From NCBI RefSeq assembly GCF_000143415.4, contig NW_003314290.1:1822116-1886115 (forward strand): 64,000 nt of DNA. Reading direction: 5' to 3'. This stretch comes from Selaginella moellendorffii. Taxonomy: Eukaryota > Plantae > Lycopodiophyta. Shown piece after piece: positions 11,078 through 22,829 of this stretch. The translations under genes and the position numbers were made by a program. Each line of letters opens with the position of its first letter. The first letter of the stretch is position 1. The notes under the pieces were generated by a model, which had not been told where the DNA came from, made no database searches, and worked only from the letters and a program-made list of their open reading frames with translations.

Positions 11078-13150
11078 ATGGCATTACATGGCCTTCTGCA
11101 CCATTGTGGAAATGGCACTTCAAAGGCTAGACTATAGGATCCAGCATGTATTCGGTCATGCATGCGAGCAGGGCAAAGTGTCGGGTATCAGCAGAATCAC
11201 GATGGAGGCCATCGTCCACGAGAAGCCCACGTCCTATGAAGAGCAATATGAAGGTATTTGGGACAATGACCTCACTTACACCAATGTTCGCCTTTGTGTC
11301 AATGGCTACAAGAGGGCACCAACAACGATCGAAGCAGTCCAGGAAGAGCTCCAGCAACAGTAGAAACAGCAGCAGCCACAAGAGATGCCATTGTTTAGCC
11401 GATGTCTGATCAAGTACATGAGGTTAGGCATGATACCCCGTGAGATTCGAGGGCATGGCCCGGGATTGAGAAATTTTTAACAGGAGATGGTCTCATGGGT
11501 GGAGCGGGACCTGTTCAGCAGTGGATGATCGCTGGAGATGCAAGTGCAGTTGGTGTTTGATGCGTGGATGCTAGCGCATGAGTGGGAGTTGGTGATAAGG
11601 AGTTTCGACAAGTCTAAGTCATTGGATAGATTGCTGCGGATGGACACAGACTACTCACTTGATGTTGAATTCAATGACGGGATGAGTCAAGAGGATTTTG
11701 ATCAAGAGACTTATGATGAACTTGTTGAGGACCTGGAAGCTGCAAAGATGGTGGCACAGAATGGTGGCTTTGACAAGATTTGGGCCTGGCCAAGGAACAC
11801 ATGCATAGATCTCTTCAACTTTCAAATGGGGGGTGTGGAGGAGATCTATAAGGAATCGACTCCCCGAGGTGTTGAAGGCTAAAAGACCCCCAAAGGCATA
11901 ACCAAAATGATAAAGAGTTCATTGGATGAGACTGAGTCCGAGATCAAGTCCGAGACTAACTCTAAGACCGAGTTCGAAACTAAGTCCGAGAACAAGTTCG
12001 AGACTAAGTCCGAGACCAAGTTTGAGACTGAATCTGAGATCCAATATCGAGTCTGAGACCAAGTCCAAGATCGAGTACAAAACAAAGTCCGAAGTCGGGT
12101 CAGATATCAAGTCCAAAATTAAGTCCAAGACTGAGTCCAAAGCCAAGTTCGAGATCGAGTCCGAAACCAAGTCTGAATACTAATATAGGTCGTGGGGTGA
12201 AAGCCCAAAGCGTGTGTCTCCTGGGGGGGGGGGGGGGGGCTGCAAGGGGTTCCAAAAGTATAGTAGGGATAGTGAGGTTCAAGAACTAATCTTGAAAGAA
12301 CTCTCCAATGGTGCTTCCAAACTAACTTGAGGTTGAGACTGGGGCTGAGGGGCCTTGGGTGGGAGTGAGCATGGACTCGGGTGGTGCTGAAAGGGCCACC
12401 CAAAGAAGTGCTCAAAAGTAACTCCCACTCCCATAAAGGAAACCGATTGTAGTGCTCTCAACTCATGGGGAGTTGTGCCCCACTTGAGTACCTTGGGGCT
12501 CATTAGTCTTCATCTTTTCTAAGGGCTTGGGCCTTTTCTTTGGGATGGAAATGGGGGGGTAAAGGTACTTATATTAGGCCGTTAGGCCCTAGTGTTTCCC
12601 TTTGACGTCCCGAAGTTAGTGTTGCACCCAAGGCTTAGGAATTAAAGGTCCCATGATTGTACTAAGGGATGTTAGGAACCTAGAGGTTTGGTGTGCTTGA
12701 TTGCTTGTACATGTAGGGAAGGTAGCCGAATATTAAATCTAATCTAACCTGGGGAGGGGGATTGGGAGAGATTTTGGAATCTATGGATGGATAATTAATG
12801 CTTCGTTGCTCATGTAGGGAATAGCTGAAACCAAATAAAACTAAATAGGAGTTGATATAATAAATAGAAACCTTGGCGAGGGAACTTAGTTAAAGCTAAG
12901 GCAATATTGGTTGAATAGACGAGGTAAATTGGCAAATTAGAAAGGAAAAATTTGTGGCTTACAAGATCATCAAATGGTATAATGAGCTCAAATTCAAACC
13001 CAACAGAAACGATGAATACAACAACAATATTGAGGATAACTTCAAACTGGGTGAGCACTCAAATAGGTAGCAAGTGAAATACAAAATGACCAAAAGAAGT
13101 CTGCGACCTCTCAGAAAAAGCTCAAGCTCTGATCCTAGCAAGGAAGAATA
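11078..13150 (+). pseudogene. Family X copy with stop codons, split by a solo LTR
   Basis: Stops at ~11361 and ~11478. The reading GGVEEI|IK resumes at 12964 after the insertion. Inverted paralogue of 51544-52495 and 57133-57820. Confidence 0.8.
11847..12963 (-). mobile_element. Solo LTR (1117 bp) with 5-bp TSD AGATC
   Basis: AGATC at 11842-11846 and 12964-12968. Ends TATAAG...CTTACA (degenerate TG..CA). Uninterrupted paralogues exist at ~51720 and ~57310. Contains 12-bp tandem repeats and a core shared with the other LTRs; strand is relative to them. Confidence 0.85.
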
Positions 13151-13908
13151 AAAAGTATTGAGATTCTTGTTAAAGTTAAATCCAATGCTGTAAGTCACAA
13201 CAGTCAATAAGGTCCACTTTATTCAATTCTAGGGTCTCTCACTAAGCTGGCAAAAGACAAAGACAATTTCCTAGGAGCAAGTGCCACCCTCCATTCTCTT
13301 ACTTTCTTTACGAGTGTTGAGGATTTCCTCACTGGAGCTGGAGCACCTTTTCTATCTAATGTATATGCTGTTTTGATAGAAAGATAGACTAATGATGCAA
13401 CAATAGTGGTTGATGGATGCTAGAATTGGCCACTCCAGTTCTCTCCTTTGTTTTGAGGGATTCAGGTCAGCTTCAATGATCATCTCACGAGTCGCTAACA
13501 TTTGGAATGATGTTAGCACGAATCATTCATTCACTTCTATTACTTCCTTCTTTTCTTGTAGATGCAAAAATCCAGTTGCATTCTTCTCAAGTCGTGATGG
13601 GTCATATGGCATCGGCTACAAAACGCTTAGAAGACGAAAAGTTTTGTGACGAACCAGTGAAGTATAAACGCATTGCTCGTCTTAAGTTCCAACTTTCTGA
13701 GCTACAGATCCAGAAGGATGTGAGAAATCTTCACAGTACAGCGCCAAACGCGAGCGATTCCAGAAAAAAACCTCTGCTCCTTGCTTGGTCTCACCGGCAC
13801 TTGGCGTGAAACCTTTCGCAACGATGAAAGATTTCAACTATGCCCAAACATAAAATGCCACTCAGTTCTTCACCACTTTATTTTTTACTCTATGCATGGG
13901 TTTAGGTT

Positions 13909-15394
13909 ATGGCTGGAGTAGCAGCACCGGCATGGAGCGCGACGCTTTGGCCTCCGCAGCCTCGATGCAGCTCCCAAAAATCTCTGGCCCGGTCTTGCTT
14001 CTGTGCCGCCAGCGACGAATCGACATCGACCCTCAAGAATGTGAGTCATCCTTTCGATTGTCCGGCAGGCACTGTGAAATGCGATCGATCTTTCTTTGTT
14101 TTAGGACTTTCGGCTGAGGACCTCAAGACAGGAGGATGACTCCGATGTTCTAATCGAATGCCGCGACGTCTACAAATCCTTTGGCGAGAAGCACATCCTC
14201 AAAGGAGCCAGTTTCAAGGTGTGGATTGAGCAGCATAACGACTGTCACTCTCTAAATCCTTTTCTTTTTGTGCAGGTCCGCCATGGTGAGGCTGTGGGAA
14301 TTATTGGACCTTCTGGAACAGGAAAGTCCACGATTTTGAAGATTATGGCTGGACTTCTTGTTCCTGACAAGGTTTCATCCGTTTTTTTTTTTTTTTGTAT
14401 TTCTGATTTGCTCTTCCTCGATGTTCTTCAGGGAGAAGTTTTCATCCGAGGAGTAAGACGGGATGGATTAATCAGTGACCAAGATGTTTCCGGATTGCGA
14501 ATAGGACTGGTAACATACTGAACTACGTCTTTACCGCCCGTGTATTATCGGCTTACGAGCTTTGCAGGTTTTTCAAAGCGCAGCGCTGTTTGATTCGCTC
14601 ACAGTTCGAGAAAATGTCGGATTTATGCTGTAAGAAGCTGTGGTCGTTCTCTGTTTTCTATCCGAGTACTTGACTTGATTGTTTTGGGCAGCTATGAGCG
14701 GCAAAGTCTTCCCAAGGAGAGAATCAACGAGCTAGTAAGGGACAGTTTGGCGTCAGTCGGGCTCAAGGTGCTAAATCCTTTTTTACGTTATTGCAGTGTT
14801 TGATGTGTGTTTGCTTGTTCAGGGAGTTGAAGAAAGGTTACCAGCCGAGCTCTCTGGAGGAATGAAAAAACGGGTGGCGTTAGCTCGCGCTATAATTTCA
14901 GACGAACGCGAGGAAACGAATGAACCCGAGGTTAGTTTTTTGCTAGCATGATATTCGTAGATCAGAATTCTCCTTCACAGGTTGTCATGTATGACGAACC
15001 AACTGCTGGACTCGATCCCATTGCTTCGACTGTTGTCGAGGATCTTATTCGGTCAGTACACATCAAAGGGCGTGATGCAAGAGGAAAACCTGGACAGATT
15101 ACGTCTTACGTTGTTGTGACACATCAGCATAGCACGATACGACGCGCTGTGGACAGGTGATTTTTTTCTCGTTTCCACTTAGCTTGGACGATGACTAATG
15201 CTCGGTGTTTTAGACTACTTTTCTTGCACGATGGTAAAATCGTATGGGAAGGGGAGACTTCCAAGTTCGGTAATACTTCCAATCCTATAGTTCGTCAGGT
15301 TCGTGTCGATTATTTTGGTCGTTGATTGAGTGAGATGGCCTTGTTTGTGTTACAGTTCGCAGAAGGCAGCTTAAATGGCCCAATTCAGTATTGA
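13909..15394 (+). CDS. TGD3: Trigalactosyldiacylglycerol 3, plastid ABC transporter ATPase (ABCI13), ~10 exons
   Basis: Transit-peptide-like N-terminus, Walker A GPSGTGKS, FQSAALFDSLTVRENVGF, LSGGMKKRVALARAI, YDEPTAGLDPIASTVVEDLIRSVH, VVTHQHSTIRRAVDR. Confidence 0.93.
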
Positions 15395-16300
15395 TTGGTT
15401 TCAATCCTTCCAGAAATAAAGTTCTTCGTCACACGTCCACGGGCAGGCTCATTCCTGGAGGCTTCCTCACGCCACAAAGCAGCGACTTGTTCTCGGTTAC
15501 CGCAGCAGTGGAAGATGGTTTCGAAGGAAAGGGAAGAAAGGAGTGGCTTTGAAAGCCTCGACTGCTGAATGCCAGCAGACTGCCGAGACCATTACGTTGG
15601 ACGGTAGACGACTTCGTACAGACAGCGCAGAGAAAGGCATGGTTTTAATCATCTCCTCGGCCTTGGACAACCGGCCAGCTCGTCCGAATCGCATAGAATG
15701 CTTCTTTTTGTGCTGGACGCCGTGATCAACGACCATCGACGTGAAGTAGTCCCGGCTCTTGTCCAGGCAGCCGCCATGGCTGCAAGCACCGTGGACAATC
15801 GCGATGCTGATCTCGTTTGGCCTGCTACCGTCCAGCAGCATGCAGTGGAACGTTTCGATGGCTAGCTGAAACTCTCGAGTAAGCACAGGTCCAAGCACAG
15901 GACGCTCGGGCATCTCCAGGAAGAGGGACACTGCTCGGTCGACGTCCATCCCGAGAGCATACGCTTGCAGGAGAGCGGCCCAGGGTCCAGGAGACGATGT
16001 TCTTTCCGGCATGCTGTCAAACACTGCTCGAGCCTCGGACAAAAGTTTGTGCTGCGATCATGGCTGTCAAGGAACAACGCTGTGCTGCGGCATTCTCGAC
16101 ATCACTGGGTGTTGCCGCCGCCGCTGCTGCTGCGTCGATCATCGTGTTCGAGGAAACTACATTCCTCCGCGGCAGACTCAGTGTCAATGGCAGTGGAGGG
16201 AACCAGGCCGTGCTCGGGCATCTTGGCGGCTCCGGCCTGCCCGAGAGCCACCATGGTCGCCGTCCACAACACGACGTTTTCCTCGAGAGTTTTCGAAGGT
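15395..16300 (-). pseudogene. Deleted/frameshifted tandem duplicate of the adjacent PPR gene
   Basis: Near-identical blocks to 16660-17735 with multiple internal deletions. Confidence 0.85.
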
Positions 16301-16693
16301 AAACATGGGTTCCTCCAAGAGCTTTCGTGGAGTGGGGTCTTCTACCATCGCCAAAGATTCAAACAAGGTACCGTGAATGGGCATATGCCACCAATCCTTC
16401 CAAACCCTTCTTGTTATTTGTTTTACGACCATTGCATGCATTTGCGTTAAGAAGTTTAGATGCCGCACCGCGCCATCTAGCTGGGAGCACTAAAGGTGTG
16501 ATCTGAACAAGGTGTTTTGGATGTCGTGCATGGCATCCAGGTCAACTTTTATAAGAAGAATCTCCACAAAAGAAGTTTTGTACACTGCACCGACTCGCAG
16601 GGAATTTTCTCTTGTCACCAGTGAACGCATTCCCGCTGCTGCTCCTCTCGTGTTCCAATTTGGTTTCAATCCTTCCAGAAATAAAGTTCTGCG

Positions 16694-18487
16694 TCACACA
16701 TCCACGGGCAGGCTCATTCCTGGAGGCTTTCTCACGCCCTTGTCCTTCATCGCCTTCCACAAAGCAGCTACTTGTTCTCGGTTACCAGTAGAGGCATGGA
16801 TATTAGCGAGCAAAACATAAGGTGAACTGTTACCTGGGTCCAACGCAATTAGCCCCTCAGCTGCTCGGCCTCCGACTTGAGCATTACGTTGGACAGTAGA
16901 CGCACCGAGAAGAACTTCGTACTGCGCAGACGCAGGCACGAAAGGCATGGTTTTGATCAGCTCCTCCGCCTTGGACAGCCGGCCAGCTCGTCCGAGAACG
17001 TCAACCATGGCATAGTAATGCTCCTTTTCGTGCTGGACGCCGTGATCAATGACCATCGACGTGAAGTAGTCCCGGCTCTTGTCCAGGCAGCCGCCATGGC
17101 TGCAAGCACCGAGGACAATCGTGAAGCTGATCTCGTTTGGCCTGCTTCCGTCCAAGAGCATGCAGTGGAACGTTTCAATGGCCAGCTGAAACTCTCCCGA
17201 CTGAGCACAGGCTCCAAGCATCGAGTTCCAGGAAACCAAGTTACGCTCCGGCATCTCCTGGAACAGGGACAGTGCTCGGTCGACGTCCATGCCCAGAGCA
17301 TACGCTTGCAAGAGAGCGGTCCAGGAGACGATGTTCTTCTCCGGCATGCTGTCAAACACTGCTCGAGCCTCGGACAAGAGTTTGTGCTGCGACAAGGCGA
17401 CGATCATGGCTGTCCAGGAGACAACGCTGTGCTGCGGCATCCTCGACATCACTTCTCGAGCGTCACTGGGTGTTGCCGCCGCCGCCGCCGCTGCTGCAAC
17501 GATCATCGTGTTCCAGGAAACTATGTTCCTCCGCGGCATTAGATCGAAGACTTCCTTAGCATCGGCGGAGCGGCCGTTCTGGGCGAAGGCAGTGACAATG
17601 GCAGTGGAGGGAACGAGGCCGTGCTCGGGCATCTTGCGGAAGAACTCGGCGGCTCCGTGAGGATCTCCGGACTGCCCGAGAGCCACCATGGTCGCCGTCC
17701 ACAGCACGACGTTCTTCTCGCGAGAGTTTTCGAAGATAAACTTGGCTTCCTCCCAAGAGCTTGTCAAGCCGTACGCCGTGATCATTGCGCTCGCTGAAAC
17801 AACGTCGTGGCTGGGCATCTTTCCGTACAGTTCCTTGGCTTCTTCAAAGTGCCCACATTGGGCATATGCGTGGATCATAGGACTCCAAGACGTGATATCT
17901 CTCTCAGGCATTATATCGAAGAGTATTTTTGCGTTTGTGGATTGGGCTATTTGGCAGTAGCCAGTGATAATCCCATTCCAGGACACAACGTTATACTGTG
18001 GCATCCTTTGAAAGACAGCCTTAGCGAATTGCAAATGCCCGATTTGGGTATTTGCTTGGATTAGGGTATTCCAAGATACTATGTTTCTGTGGGGCATAGA
18101 ATCGAAGGTCTCTTTTGCGTCGATCGCGCGGCCGCATTGCGCGTAGGCCGCAAGAATCGCATTGGTAGCGACTGGATCGCGCGCTGGCGCCAAGCCGTGG
18201 ATCGATCTTGCTTCTTCCAGGTGCCCACTTTGGGCAAATGCCGCAACGAGGATGTTCCAGGAGAAGAGATTGCGACAGGGGATGGAATCGAAGGCCTGAC
18301 GCGCCGATCCGACGCTGCCGCATTGGGCGTAGCTCGCGACGACGAGATTTCGCAGGAATGTGTTGCCGCGGTGGCTGGTGTGGAGGATCTGGGCGTGGAG
18401 CTGCCGGATGCGCAGAGTGTTCTTGGCGTTCTTGAGGAGGTGGGCGAAATAGTCTTGCTCCTTGAGAGCCTGGGCCCTGCAGCTCAT
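16694..18487 (-). CDS. PLS-E(+) class PPR protein (597 aa)
   Basis: Tandem short (S-type) PPR motifs (MPxRNxVSWNxMI), then EHYYAMVDVLGRAG...PYVLLANIHA...MKDKGVRKPPGMS. Confidence 0.92.
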   Translation of the reverse strand: MSCRAQALKEQDYFAHLLKNAKNTLRIRQLHAQILHTSHRGNTFLRNLVVASYAQCGSVGSARQAFDSIPCRNLFSWNILVAAFAQSGHLEEARSIHGLAPARDPVATNAILAAYAQCGRAIDAKETFDSMPHRNIVSWNTLIQANTQIGHLQFAKAVFQRMPQYNVVSWNGIITGYCQIAQSTNAKILFDIMPERDITSWSPMIHAYAQCGHFEEAKELYGKMPSHDVVSASAMITAYGLTSSWEEAKFIFENSREKNVVLWTATMVALGQSGDPHGAAEFFRKMPEHGLVPSTAIVTAFAQNGRSADAKEVFDLMPRRNIVSWNTMIVAAAAAAAATPSDAREVMSRMPQHSVVSWTAMIVALSQHKLLSEARAVFDSMPEKNIVSWTALLQAYALGMDVDRALSLFQEMPERNLVSWNSMLGACAQSGEFQLAIETFHCMLLDGSRPNEISFTIVLGACSHGGCLDKSRDYFTSMVIDHGVQHEKEHYYAMVDVLGRAGRLSKAEELIKTMPFVPASAQYEVLLGASTVQRNAQVGGRAAEGLIALDPGNSSPYVLLANIHASTGNREQVAALWKAMKDKGVRKPPGMSLPVDV

Positions 18488-18685
18488 CGGCTGACACGTG
18501 GCGGTCGTTTGTTGGCTGGCATTCTATCGCTTAAACCCTATCGCATTTTTGTTTTCAAGGCGATGGAAGCGCGGGAGGTGCACATTGGTGCGATGCTCCG
18601 CGCCATGGCGCTGTCGTGCAATCTCTAGCGGGAGATCCAGGACGGATGGCGCGTCGCCGCCCTCTCCAAGGGATTGCAAGGATTG
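18485..18685 (+). pseudogene. 5' fragment of an AAE14 duplicate
   Basis: Matches ~22747-22990 (CATCGGCTGAC...CTATCGCTTAAACCCTATCG...ATGGAAGCGCGGGAGGTG) with deletions. Confidence 0.75.
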
Positions 18686-19446
18686 ATCCAATGCGGGAGC
18701 ATCAAGCCAAGAAAAGCTTGAAACGAGGCGGCCTTACGAGCAATCTTCCGCGTCTATTCTGTAGCGAGAGGTCTCCTGCATGGTTTTGTCAGATGTTATT
18801 GCCGAGGAACAAACAGAATTGGCAAGCGCTTTAATCTCTCGACAAGCACCTCCCGTAACTTGGTATGATTCTTGTCCAATTTCATTGCATATCGCGAGCT
18901 TCACCGCTGCAGCCTGGTCGTTGAACTTCACTCCATAGCTGCACAGGTAGGTTCCCAGGCGAATCTAAAAGGTCTAGACCATCGACCACCTGCATGGAAC
19001 GATGTTTGTGCGTATCATTATAGATGAGAATAGACATCAAAGCTTTACCTTGGTGCAGCTTCACATATTTTGTGTTTCAAGAGCCGATTGATGCTTGCCT
19101 ACATTCGGAAAACCAACGACTGCTACCCTGGCCTGTTCCAATTTGGCAGGGGAAAACAAGAGAAAAGAAAGTATGAACGAGCGAGAAAGAAAACCTTTGT
19201 CTCTTCGCTTCGAGTTTATGGTAGACAGGCTCACATCCATGCTGCGAGACTCAATAGTGTGTGAGATCTAGGAAGATTGAAGTACACATAACATTCTCCA
19301 TGACAAATTTAAGCAGTAGCCAGGAATCGTTGGAGACAGTCCAATACCATTATATTAGCATATTCTAGGCATAGTTATGTTAGCTGCTACTTTTTCCCTA
19401 AACGGGTTTACAGCAGTATGATCCAAAACAAAAAAAAAAAGACCAC

Positions 19447-20868
19447 TCATACGCACACCTCCGTGGTGTCGTCAAAATAAGTGCACCGATGGTGGATCGC
19501 AGTGTAAGGCGCCTCCGAATCAAACTTGGCCTTCATGCAGCGCCAGATGACATCACAGCGCCGCGGCACAAACCGGATGGGATGGACCTTGACACGCCCT
19601 GAGAACTCCTCGCCGAGCTTGACGATCGCGCGAGGTATCTGGGTCCGAAACTTGGGCGGCTTTTTGGTAGCGTACACAACCCCGCTCACGTCCAGGCGTG
19701 TCACGCAGCTGCTGCTCTCCACGAGCTCCCGCACAAAGCTGATCTCGTCGCGCGCCCACCCCGCTATTCCGCAGGCCACCTCAATGCGGACACACAATGG
19801 AGCCTCCCTGCTGCTCCACTTGTCGAGGCTCAGGCACTAGAGGATCATATACCACGTCTTCAATGCAGAGAAGCTGTCAAGAGAATGTAAAGTTACCTTG
19901 ATGGACGAGTGAGAAAGTGTGAACACCTCGAGGGCGGGGAATGGCTCCAGAAGCTGCGCAAGGTTGAGGGACCCCGGGTCGAAGATGGACGATTTCACAA
20001 ACAAGTCAAGCCGCGTGATGCCACTCACGGCCGACGGTTGGCAAACAAAACGCTTGAGAATTTGCGTGACATCGGCAGCGCTTTGGCAGGTGTTTGTGAA
20101 CGTTAACTTGTTGAGCTTGGACATGCGCAGGCCCTGGATGATCCGCACGCCCGTGTGCGGCTTGATCCACTCGACGTTGCACGTAGACGGCAAGAGCTCC
20201 AGGCGCAGCTCCAGGCGCGGCACCGCGCTGACGAACATCCACCTGAGCTTGGGCATGTCCAGGGCGAGAGAGAAGTTGGCGACGCTCTTGCCACGCAATG
20301 CAAGACAGTCGAGGCTGTGGCTCTTGAGCAAATACGTCCCGGGCGACTCCACCAGCAGCAGCATGAGCTGGATGTAGACGAGCGAGGGGCACAAGGCGAG
20401 GAGCTGCTGCATTGTGCCCACGTCCAAGCCTGTGAGCATGACGCAGTAGATGAGACTGGGAAGCATTGGAGCCGCTGCCGTCGTCGTGGTGATCGCGCCG
20501 CCAAGCTTGACATCGTTGATGATGTGGAGGCACCGCAGCTGCTGGCAGGCGACAATGCTGGACCAGAAGCCATCCACATCGACGCTGATCGTAAGGGAGT
20601 GAAGAGTTTTTCCGATCGCCGGTAGCCAGCCAAGGGAAGAGCGTGGAGCGCTGTGAACGGACAAGGAGCGGAGATTGCTGGCGCTGCTGTCAAACCAGGA
20701 AAGGAAGCCGTACTGCTCATCCTCCAGGCTGAAATGTGTGACGAGCTTTGCCAGGCGCGCCCACCTCTTGCTCACCAGACTGCACCAATACAAGTGGCGC
20801 GAGGAGACGATTAGAGACAGGATCCGGGCGAGCACATCGTCGGGAAGATCATCCTCTCCACACGCCAT
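19447..20868 (-). CDS. F-box protein with LRR-like region, two exons (~20868-19896 and ~19836-19447)
   Basis: DDLPDDVLARILSLI...CSLVSKRWARL F-box motif. A GT-AG intron at ~19895-19837 joins it in frame to ORF 19447..19797. Confidence 0.8.
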
Positions 20869-20954
20869 TGACCTAACCCTAGGGCTGCAAGCACCGAGGA
20901 CAATCGTGAATTTGGCCTGCTGGCCAGCTCAAACACTCCCGACAAAGGAGTGAT

Positions 20955-21085
20955 ATATCCTGTGACGTCAACGGGCAAAGTTAAAAAGGACAGGATCCCT
21001 TTCTAAGCTATAAAAGGTTTCATCGTCCTTTTTTATTCTTCTGGTGCTTGTTTATTGTTTTTGTGTCTGTTCGCGTTGACTGTAT
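20955..21085 (+). pseudogene. 3' end/UTR fragment of an AAE14 duplicate
   Basis: CCTGTGACGTCAACGGGCAAAGTT...CTTTCTAAGCTATAAAAG...TTGTTTATTGTTTTTGTGT matches ~24810-24935. Confidence 0.7.
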
Positions 21086-22234
21086 GCTGCCATAGTAGCA
21101 TCCATCCGACTTGGGAGCAGGACGAGAGTTATCGCCACGAAGAGATAAAGAAGACACACTTAGACAACGTAAAGTTTATCCAGGCGGAAAATCAGAAGCA
21201 GAATGACTATGTTCTCGAGGCCAACAAATTCGCATATCTGACTACTGCAGAGTTTCGACAGAGGTTCTTGACGAACATCACGCTGCAAAAGCCTCGAGAA
21301 CCGTTTGGCAGCTTCAGTCACTCGGCCACACCGGAGGCTGTCGACTGGCGGACAAGAGGAGCAGTCTGTCCGGTTCGATCAGGCTCACATGGTATCTTAT
21401 ATCCTTTTCTTTTCTTTTCTATGTTTTCACCACCTGGAAGTTATGACAGGAAGCTCGGTGGTCTTCTCTGCCGCCGCAGCAGCTGAAGGTGCCAATGCCA
21501 TTGCGACCGGAGAACTTAAGTGTCTGTTCGAGGAGGCGTTCTTCAAGTGCAGCAAAAACGATCTCGGTCACTACGATAAGGCCTTCGAGTTCATCATCGA
21601 GAATGGTGGCATAGACAGTGAAGGGTTTGGCCTCAACTTCCGGAACAAAACTTGCTTCTTCCTGGAGGTAGGGGCACTCCCTTTATAGTTCTAAGCTGAT
21701 CACACTCTCTCTGTTCTGCTGTCTGTTGTAGAGGGACTTTACTATCGATGGCTACGAGCATGTTCTTCCAAACAACGAGGAGGCCCTGAAGAAGGCCGTC
21801 GCTCATCAGCCCGTGAGCGTGATGATCGACGCAGGATGCCCCGCTTTCAAATTCTACAAATCAGTAAGTTTTTCCTTTCCAGTAACAAAGGTGCAATGAT
21901 TTTGTCATAACAGGGAATCTTGACAAGCTCTTGTGGAACAGACCTCAATCACGCGGTGACGATCGTAGGATATGGCACTACCAGCGACGGAAAGAAGTAC
22001 TGGATCGTCAAGAACTCATGGGGAACCGAGTGGGGAGACGATGGTTACGTTTACATGCAACGAGACACTGGAGTTTCTACTGGTCTTTGCGGGATCAACA
22101 TGAACCCATCGTATCCAACCAAGCAGGGATTCCCAAAGATCCAAGACGAAGGTCTTTCGACTTCCAACGCTGCTAATATCAACGCTGATCTCTGGCCAGT
22201 CTCGGGCCTCTACTTCAGCAGGCTAGAGGAGTGA
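21055..22234 (+). pseudogene. Papain-like (C1A) cysteine protease homologue lacking the catalytic Cys; probably non-catalytic or a pseudogene
   Basis: I29 prodomain remnant [40 protein letters not shown]. Canonical QGxCGSCWAF reads ...TGSSVVF. No in-frame ATG found. Confidence 0.75.
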
Positions 22235-22510
22235 AGAGACGTAGATTAGTGCCATATGTTTAAATCAATCGACTTCTCTCGCAACTTCTCTCGCGCTGCT
22301 TGCTTCCCCCTCTTGCTTTTGCAGCTCCTGGGTCACTTTGGTCTGTGCTCCGCGAACGATACCTTCGTTTATGAGAGCTCCGACTATCATTGGGTGGATG
22401 TCGCTGGCCTCAGCGTCGGAGGCTCCAAGTCAGTGGCCAATCACTGAAAAAGCTTGAAACCAGAGAGAGAAAGCTCTCTCGGTGACGTGACGTCGTAAGC
22501 TTTTAGCAGC
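22210..22510 (-). pseudogene. 3' fragment of the R3HCC1-like gene
   Basis: Reverse complement of ~9600-9950 with deletions. Confidence 0.7.
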
Positions 22511-22829
22511 TCTCGTTTTTTTAGGCTTTTCTCGTATTGTGTTGCTTCTTTCGGTTAGAGCTAAGTTCGTATATGTTTTTCGAAAATCTTCCTTCCCATC
22601 ATTAGGGGTTAGCTGTGATATAATATTTTGTGATTGTGATATATTATGTGTTTCATTATGTCTGCTCAAGAAGAGCAACCAAAAAAAACACTGGAGATTA
22701 GAAGCCACTGCAGCGCACAACACACAATATTTAAAAACCTACAGAACTCATCGGCTGACGCGTGGCGTGTGTTTATTGGGTGGCATTCTATCGCTTAAAC
22801 CCTATCGTTCTCTTTTTCTTTCAAGGAGG

